From assembly GCF_009914755.1 (NCBI RefSeq), contig NC_060947.1: a DNA stretch of 64,000 nt. One strand, written 5' to 3'. Made by a program: the position numbers and the translations under genes. The notes under the pieces are model-generated. The model made no database searches. It was not told the origin of the DNA and saw only the letters and a program-made list of their open reading frames with translations. Below, one piece after another: positions 55,142-64,000 of this stretch. The stretch comes from the human T2T-CHM13v2.0 reference genome, Homo sapiens. The stretch's first letter is position 1, and each line of letters opens with the position of its first letter.

Positions 55142-55897
55142 ATCACTTCACATCAATTAGAATGTCGATGATTTAAAAAAGAAACAGAATACAATAATAA
55201 AAATAACAAGTAGTGATGAGCATGTAGAAACATTGTAACTCTTGTGCATTACTAGCAGGAATGTAAAATGGTACAACCTTTGTGTAAAACATTCGGAAAC
55301 TTCCTCAAAAAAAATGAAAGACAGAATTACCATATGATCTAAAAATTCCTTTCCAGGGCATGTACCCAAAATAATTGAAAGGAAGGACTCTTGACAGGTA
55401 TTTATAGACATCCATATTCACAGCTTCATTATTCACAATACCAAAAAGGTGAAAATGACACAAAAGTCCATCAACAGATTAATGCATCAACAAAATGTGG
55501 TATATGCATACAATGGAGTATGATTCAGCCTTAAAAAGGAAGAACATTCTGACACATGCTATGGCATGGATAAACCTTAAAGACATTATGTTAAATGAAA
55601 TAAGCCAGAGACAATAGGACAGGTATTGTAGGATCCCACTTACAGGAAGTGTCTAGAGAAGTCAAATTCATAGAGACACGAAGTAGAATGGTGGCTGCCA
55701 GGATCTTGGGATGGGGAGAATACAGTGTATTGTTTAATGGGTATGGAATTTCAGTCGGAGAAGATAAAAAAAAGCCTGGGGATGGACTGCAGTGATGATT
55801 GCTCAACATCGTGAATGTACTTAGTGCCAGTAAACTGTATATCTAAAAGTAGTTAAATAGTAAATTTTATGTAATGTATATTTTACCACAATAAATA
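55142..55897 (+). mobile_element. L1MB 3' end
   Basis: ORF2 C-terminal text and 3' UTR (gtcaaattcatagagac...gtaaattttatgtaatgtatattttaccacaata); agggcca repeated at both flanks. Confidence 0.92.
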
Positions 55898-57112
55898 AAG
55901 ATAGGGCCAAGTGGGAGCCGCTGTAACTGCCCATCCAATTCAAAATAATACATATTATTTTAAAATGTAACACCACCTCTCTGGGGAATTTGCAGAGACT
56001 AAAATAACCATGCAGATGGTAAGCTCTGTTGCCTGGCCCATTTAAGTAATCTGCTTGGCTTATAAAGAAAGTTAAATGGATTAAGGACAATGAAATGATT
56101 ATCATAAAGTAATGAGGTGGCTTTTCTAAAAAAAAAAACTATTGGGTTTTATGTTTTTTGGAGGCATTTTTTATTTTGGGGGGCAACTTAAGACAGTGCT
56201 AGCTGCTGCTATACAGCTATTGACCTGGAAAATGCTCTTTGTCTCCATATCAATTAGTAATCATGATGAGAGGTAGTTTATGTTAACCTGACAAAGATAG
56301 AAGTACACTTAAACTTTGTTTGGCTTTCTCATGGGCTGTGCCAACTCTCCTCATCTCTATAGCACTATAGTCCCTGGGGAGATTAATCACCTGGATGTCA
56401 CGAAAATATTATGGTAGTTCATTATATTGATAATATTATTATGACTGGATGTGATGAGAAGAGATAGAAAGTGCCTGAGATATGTCAGTAAGACACATAC
56501 ATGTCAAAATGTTGTAAATAAACAACATGAAATTTCAGAGTGTCGAATATATCACAACCTCAGTATGATAATGCATGCAGAAACAAACTCCAGAAAGCAC
56601 TGAAGATCAGTGCGGATTTTGTCTTTTGGCGGGAGGCATCACACAGCACACAGCTAGGCTTCCAAAATATTCTTTTTATATATCCCCAAAGTCCCATTCG
56701 TGCTAATTGCTGCTCTTTACTTTTAACTCCTCTTTAATGTACTCACTTGCCCTTTGTTGTTCCCCATTCTTCTTATTCATCTGCCCTCTTTCATCATTTC
56801 TCATTGAGAATAGCCTGGGCCATTCTTTATATCAGCCTCTCTCTCTCTTACCCATAGCCCGTCCCCCAAAAAGGCTCTGTGCTACTTAAGTAAGTGGATA
56901 CCTCTTTTCCTCAGAAGATTGCAGAGGGAAAGGGTGCGGGTATATAAGAAAGCCTGATAATTTAAATCTCTATTGGTTCCCATAAATATATTACATCTTA
57001 AATAAATTCATACATGCAGTAACCACACAAATCAAAAATGTTCACAAGCTACCAGACTGTCAAATTATATATGATATGCAAAATCACATACACATACTAT
57101 CTGATTTACAGG

Positions 57113-57407
57113 TTTTTTTTTTTTTTTGGAAGGACCCCGGGGGTTTTGGGCAGCAGCAGGAACCATGTAAATGAGAGCTCTATAATTCTATAATATCTAA
57201 TTAGCACTGACAGTCTCCCCAGCATCAGCCATATCCTCACTCCACAGGCTCTGCCATGGTGAGAGGGCATCAGTCTAGTGAACTGCTGGTCGGCCTCAAC
57301 CCAACCAAGCCCTTCACTCTGAGATGTCACTAGAGCTCCTGGTTACTTTTTTTCCCCCTAGATTATTGGGGAACAGGGGTTGTTTGGTTACATGAGAACT
57401 TACTCAT
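57113..57407 (-). mobile_element. L1PB 3' stub with an apparent transduced segment and poly(A)
   Basis: T15, about 215 bp of non-repeat-like sequence, then gattattggggaacaggggttgtttggttacatgag (L1PB end); tgatttacag on both flanks. Confidence 0.65.
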
Positions 57408-57421
57408 GATTTACAGTTTCT

Positions 57422-57744
<323 letters not shown>

Positions 57745-57819
57745 TATGATTTACAGTTTCTAATTAAAAAAAAATGTGTTATCACACCATTTAAAAATTT
57801 GATTTAAATAACCAAAAAA

Positions 57820-58215
57820 CAATAATTGATAAACTATCAGAATTGTAAATGTCTACTTTTATAAAGGTACCATTAAAAATGTAAAGGCAAGCCACAAACT
57901 GGAGAAAATATTCATGAAACACGTATATTTGACAAAGGATTTGTATCCAGGATATTTTAAAAGCTCATAAAACTCAATAATACAACAGTATTTGGGAGAA
58001 AGTGTACTGATAATCCTCAATTCACTTTGAAATATATCTAAAACATAAGATGGATTGATAGAAGGGCAGAGAAATGGATAGATAGGTAAATATGTAATAA
58101 ATTCAGAAAAAAATGTTAATATAAGCATGTAAGTGATAAGTATATGAGTGTTCACTATTAAATTATTTCAAACTTTGCTATATGTTTGAAATGTTCATAA
58201 TAGCTTGTTGGAAAA
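57820..58215 (+). mobile_element. Old L1M fragments
   Basis: aaaggcaagccacaaactggagaaaatatt...gacaaaggatttgtatccag; L1MC/ME-type 3' end. Confidence 0.75.
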
Positions 58216-59879
58216 AGTTTTCATCTGACTCACATAACTAATTTTTATGCTGTACCTCATAAAGCTAAATTTGAAGCAACAAGATGTTGCTATATCCTTT
58301 TTAAAAAATGGAGGAATAACGTCTAGATTTTCCAAAATATGTAATAATTCATCCAGCATCTGCAGTTAGAGTATATGCTCCTAAAACCTCTAGATGATAA
58401 TTTCTGTTTGACAGTTTGCTCCTCTTTTCATCCTTGAAATATCTCTGGGGGAGAATTTTGCCAGTGGTGCATCTTTCATTCACATGTTAAAACAAGCAAA
58501 CAAAAAAAAAATCATCTATCTGGCCACCTCCTTTGGAAGAGCTCCAAGGCAAGTTTCAGATAGCATGAAGCAAACATTCCTACAGAGTATATATCTTCTT
58601 TTTCGTAGGCCACAATAAGATGAAATTTTAAGAGATCAACATGTGAATGCACCCTTGCTTCCAAAAGTAACATTTACTCTTATATTTTGCAACCCAGATC
58701 AAAAAGAGTGGGGATTTTAAAGGGCAAATATTTTTCCTATCAAATTTTCCTTCTTCAGAAATGAAAAAAGCAAGATTTGAACTGTGAGTAATGTATTTTT
58801 ATGTTTGTGTTGAAACTCCATATTTTCAAAGTCTATTGAATGTCTCAGTTCAACTAAATTCTTATAAAAGTAATAAGAAAAGATGAAGAAAGAAGTAAGC
58901 AGTGTAAAGTAGAACCAGGGGAAAATATAAATGCAAGAGATTGACTAAATGAACCAGAGGGAAAAAGGATGGAGTTCTAGAATGACACTGTATATATATG
59001 GCCAGAGTCAGATCAGTGGCCCCTATAAGAGAATAAAGGAGAGTTGTTTTAATCCTTCATCCATAGTTGAGGCTGTTTGACAGAAAAGTAATCTACTATG
59101 ACCTTTAAAACCTTTCTATTATATGTTAGCAATGTAGGTGTTAACCCATTGCAAGAAGAGTGATATTTCCAACAGAGCTGCAAACCACTAGCTTAGAAAG
59201 CCACATGGAAAAAGAAATACATTTCCCGTTGTGAGAGCATTGTGGTTATGTACAGTGCAGTGCCCGGTGCTTATGCCTAGCTATTGGATGCTGAGGATGT
59301 TGACCACACTTGCTATCCCGTCCATATTCATAGGTGCGAAAGCTGGTTAAATTAAACCTCAGGGGTAGTCCTGCTGGGAAATAGCAATTCATAAAGGGCC
59401 AGTATGTGCTCTGAGACCTGTGAGTCCAACTGGAAAAAAAGAAACTCTGCCAGTTTTCTTTAACGATAGAGGTAGAGCTTATCTTACTAATAAAATTATG
59501 CAAATTATTATATTGCTTTAAAAAATTCCTGCCGTGTAACATCCTTGTGGAGACTATTTAAATTATGGAAAGGGGAAAAAGAAATAGCTGGCAGAAGCAG
59601 CTTCCCTTACCATGAATCTTCATAGTCTGCTCTAGTGCAGATCACTAGGTCAGACTTAAACTTGGTCTAAATCACTCTACTACAGACCCCCAGAATGAAT
59701 TAAAACATTCAGAATTGCTTTTAACTAATTATTACATGTCGAGCACTGTTCTAAGCAGCACTCAAAAATAATTGAACATGCGTTCAAGTCATAGTCAAGG
59801 TTTATGTTCACTCTTGTGTCACCATCTATGTCAGTGGTGACCTTTAAATTGTGTTGTGCACAAATATACAGTCACGAAT

Positions 59880-60620
59880 GGTGGTTTTTTGGGGGTATTA
59901 AGAATAGAACAATGAACAATATAGACGAGATCTCTGTTCTCATGGAATTTAATATGTACTGTCTAGTTTGGGAAAAAGGAGAATAAATGAGTAAAATAAA
60001 CAAAAGTTTCAGGTAGTAATGAGTCACAAGCAATAATACAACACGTTATGCAGTACAGAGTGGCACGAGTCACAGTAAGGGAATAGTTACATTACAGATA
60101 ATATGATTAAGAAAGACCTCTCCCAAGAGTATATCTTTTGGTTGAAGCTGAGTAAGTAAGAGCCAGCCATATGGAAATCTATATGAAGAACAATCCAGCC
60201 AGGAGAAATAGCAACCACAAAGGCCCTAACATGGGAATGAGGTTAGAGTATTCATGTTCCAGAAGTTGACAGAAAATAAATATGGCTAGAGTGGAATAAA
60301 TAGGAGGAAAGTTGCACAAACTGTGAGTGGAGTATTTGGGAGATGCTATATCATGTAGGCCCTGTAATCCATTGAGTGTGATTTTCATTCAATAATAATA
60401 GGAAAACATTATGGAGTGTTGAAGTGCAAAACTTAAGCATGAGAGATATATGATTGAATTTATGTTTTTTGTAGATTACTTATGGGGAATTTCCTAGAAA
60501 CCAACAAGAATTCAAGAACAGTTAGAAGTCCATTTTAATAGTTCATGTAAGGGATTCTAGCGGCTTAAAGTGATAGAAGTAGAGATGAACAAATCACCAA
60601 CTAATAAATAAGTTTTCAAG
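59880..60620 (-). mobile_element. L2 fragment
   Basis: tctgttctcatggaattta...gagccagccat...caaaggcccta...ggctagagtgga...atcatgtaggccct. Confidence 0.8.
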
Positions 60621-60665
60621 AACTAACAAATTTTCAAGAACATTTAGATAATTCATCTGAAATAC

Positions 60666-60667
<2 letters not shown>

Positions 60668-60708
<41 letters not shown>
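60668..60708. repeat. (TG)n microsatellite
   Basis: Read directly. Confidence 0.97.
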
Positions 60709-60711
<3 letters not shown>

Positions 60712-60810
60712 CACGTGCGCGCATGCATAAAACTTAAGATGCATCAGGTCCCTGAAGAAAACACCAAAATATCAATGGGTTAATAATTCAAGACACAAAA
60801 TTGACTGAGT

Positions 60811-60811
<1 letters not shown>

Positions 60812-60855
<44 letters not shown>
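60812..60855. repeat. (TG)n microsatellite
   Basis: Read directly. Confidence 0.97.
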
Positions 60856-60857
<2 letters not shown>

Positions 60858-60971
60858 TCTTCAACTATCTTAGATTCAAAGAAACAAAAAAATCTTTTGT
60901 TGGAATACTGTCCTACAGAGACTAGAAGTATCATGCTCTTTTCGATTATGTCTATTTAAAGGGAACAATAT

Positions 60972-61315
<344 letters not shown>

Positions 61316-61395
61316 CTAGTCCTGCAACCAAGAGACCTGACTTTGGATCTCAGCTTAGAATACTAGAACATTAATGCTTAGGATACTAGAATATT

Positions 61396-61459
61396 TTTAT
61401 TTTTGAGACAGAGTCTCGCTCTGTTGCCCAGGCTGGAGTGCAATGGTGCGATCTCAGCT
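61396..61459 (-). mobile_element. Alu 3' stub with TSD ctagaatatt, inside a MIR-like fragment
   Basis: tttttgagacagagtctcgctctgttgcccaggctggagtgcaatggtgcgatctcagct; TSD at 61386-61395 and 61460-61469. Confidence 0.93.
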
Positions 61460-61584
61460 CTAGAATATTAAATGTGGGCAAGTTGCCCACATTTGATGAA
61501 TTTCGGGTTTCTTATTTACAAAATAGTAGACTGGATTCAGTGATTTATATGATCCCTTTCTGCATTAGATTTCAATTCTACAGA

Positions 61585-61707
61585 ACCATGTTGGTACTCT
61601 CGGTAAACTTAGATAAATCTTAAATGTTTGGGTAAATGTGTTTGGCCCAAATGCATTTACCCAAACATTTAAAGTTCATCTTAGTTTACTGAGAGTACCA
61701 ACATGGT
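61585..61707. repeat. 123-bp near-perfect palindrome
   Basis: 61-bp arms, 54/61 complementary, ungapped, 1-nt centre at 61646. Confidence 0.97.
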
Positions 61708-62639
61708 AAACCCCCATCCCATCGTGCTAAGAATAAATTCTACATTTGTTTGTCATAATTTTGAAATCTATCTTTTTTCTCAAGTCGCGTGCACATTCTG
61801 GAGGCTTAAAGTAGCCCTAGAAAACATGGTAGAGGCTCTGTACCCAGTCCTTAAGCACAGATTTCATCTCTGTTGAACTTTCATGGTCAATTTAAATATG
61901 CTGACTCTACTGCTTCACTGATAAACTTGGACCACAGGAAAGTACGTGTCTGGGCCCATTTTACCTGCATGCCCTGCATAAGTATTCTTACTAAAATGCC
62001 GCTGTCTCTCTGGAGATATGCCGTATCTACCTATTGCCACAGTGAACTGCTAAGTTTTCTGCTATATAAAGATATTCCACCTCTTTACAGCCTCAAGGAC
62101 AGTTGTCCTTCTTCCTTTGGATGATCTCAAAGGGTTACCTATTTTTCCCTTCTTCCCTTCTGTATCTAGGAAATCTTGTAGCTTTCAAAGCATTTCAAAT
62201 ACAGAGGAAAATCTTTTAATCCCAGAAAGCAGCAACTTTTTACGGTAACACAAATCTCCCCTGAAGTAAATAGGAACAAATGTTGACTATCATCTTGAAG
62301 TAGTGGTAGTAGAGTCACTGGAGAAAACAAACACAAATTAACGTTTCAATAAATTATACTGCCACAACTACAAATAGTTAGCTCTTCAAAAAAATTTATT
62401 CATATGTCAACAAAATCCTTGTGCTGGAGACTCCAGTCTCTAATAGCTTTAGTGTCTTTAAGGGAACAATCACCTGACATCTATCCCTCACCATGCAAAC
62501 TCTGGAAAGTTTGCTATACTGTACATCCTATTAGATCTTACTTGCAATAAATCTTAATAAACTTAGAGATAAAAATGTTGATTTTAAATGGTAAATTCTA
62601 AATATATATATTTACTTGGAGGCTGACTGTATTTCCAAA

Positions 62640-63690
62640 GATGTTATTTCTGAATGTTACTTCAGATCATTCCCAATCACCAAAGAGACGACCACTATCC
62701 TGAAGTTGTGTGAATCATCTGTGTTCATGTTACCATACTTAACACAAATGTATTCTAAAATAAAACACACACACCTTCAGTGTATATACTTTTTAAACTT
62801 ATATACTTTTTGAGACTGATTTTTTAAAAGACACATTATATTATAATCCACCCATGGTATCGCACACACAAATATTTAATTCAATTTAGCAACTGAATAA
62901 TATCATTTTTGAGAATGTGCCATAATTTATTTCTCAAATTCCTTTAAGATGGCCATTTAAGTAATGTCTACTTTTTTATGATAAATAATGCTATATCAAA
63001 GTTATTGAAAGAGAAAAAATAAAATAGGAAAAACAATATAAACAATGCTACATTAAGATTCCAATGTGCATAGTTTCTAGTGTGCATGCGAAACAATTTC
63101 TTTGATGATAGAGAGGTTGAATTTTCTAAGGTTCTTGGCCCATTAAACTTTTTTTTTTATGGGGTTTGTTGCTCATTTGTCTACTCCATTGCGGAAGTTT
63201 TTTTTTTTCAAACACAATCTATTCATGTTTTTCTTTACTGTTTGTGGTTTTTAATGTTGTGTTTAAGAAAACCTTCTCTAACCTAATGTTGTAAAGCTAT
63301 TTTCATATTTTCTTCTAAAATGTTAATATTTTACCCTTAATATTTACATTTTCTTTCAATCTGGAAAGATTTTGTGTGCTTTATAGTAGGTTCTGATTCG
63401 TCTTTGTTCATATGGCTTTCCTATGCTCTCAACATCATTTATTAAAGGGTTCATCCTTTCTCTACAAGTTTGTAATTTCACAACAATATTTTTCTTAAAT
63501 CTATCCAATCTACATAATTTTCTGGGCTCCATGTTCAGTTCAGTTCTCTGTCTGCACCTTTTTTCTGCCAATACCACGTGGTTTTCATTACTATGACTAT
63601 TTAAATATTTATATTAGGTTGAATAGTTTTTTTCCTTCATAATTATTCTTAAATTCTTCATATCTTCCTCAAAAGTTTTTTGCCAGTTTT
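62640..63690 (-). mobile_element. L1ME-type fragments
   Basis: accactatcctgaagtt...; atgctctcaacatcatttattaaa; ctgccaataccacgtggttttcattact. Confidence 0.65.
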
Positions 63691-63699
63691 GACTTCCTA

Positions 63700-64000
63700 C
63701 TTGTAATTATCGACTTGGCTGGGCCACAGTACCCATATAGTTGGTCAAATATCATTCTAGGTGTTTCTGTGAAGTTAATTTTTAAGATGAGATTAACGTT
63801 TAAATCAGCAGACTCTGAGTAAAGCTGATTACCCTCCATAATGTGGGAGGGCCTCATCCAATCAGTTGAAGGTATTAATAGAAGAAAACTAATCTCCCCC
63901 TCAAAAAAAAAAAAAAAATTCTGCCCACAGACTGCCATTGGACTCTAATTGTAACATAAATTCTTCTCTGAGTTTCTAGCCTGTCTGTGGCTCTCTAGTT
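63700..64000 (+). mobile_element. MLT2 (C/D-like) ERVL LTR, runs off the right edge
   Basis: cgacttggctgggccacagtaccca...gatgagattaac...ccctccataatgtggg...cctcatccaatcagttgaagg. Confidence 0.9.

Larger units (their letters stand above)
53176..56570 (+). mobile_element. Degenerate ERV-L internal region (gag/pro/RT remnants) with nested insertions
   Basis: Protease-region text at 54950-55090; RT motifs YTAIDLENA (56210-56236), GCANSP (about 56334) and VHYIDNIIMTG (56417-56449). Confidence 0.8.

Overview
AT-rich primate (very probably human) non-coding genomic DNA, roughly half interspersed repeats. I recognise no protein-coding gene, tRNA, rRNA or CRISPR array; the ORF-track entries I could interpret are chance ORFs or translations of Alu, L1 or LTR sequence. 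The window begins in the intact 5' UTR of a young L1 (L1PA2/L1HS type, minus strand) whose antisense promoter and ORF0 point into the window. It also holds an L1PA7-like twin-priming insertion, about 12 Alu copies, a complete THE1 element with TSDs, a full-length MER6, a hAT-Blackjack transposase fossil, a fragmented ERV-L provirus with readable RT motifs, and many old L1M, L2, MIR and MLT fragments. The most unusual structures are a 123-bp near-perfect palindrome (61585-61707), an apparent L1 3' transduction sharing its target site with an Alu (57102-57761), and a possible minus-strand first exon near 44045-44130. Repeat family names come from my recall of consensus sequences, not from a search, and boundaries of old repeats are approximate. 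I found no well-supported new biological system.
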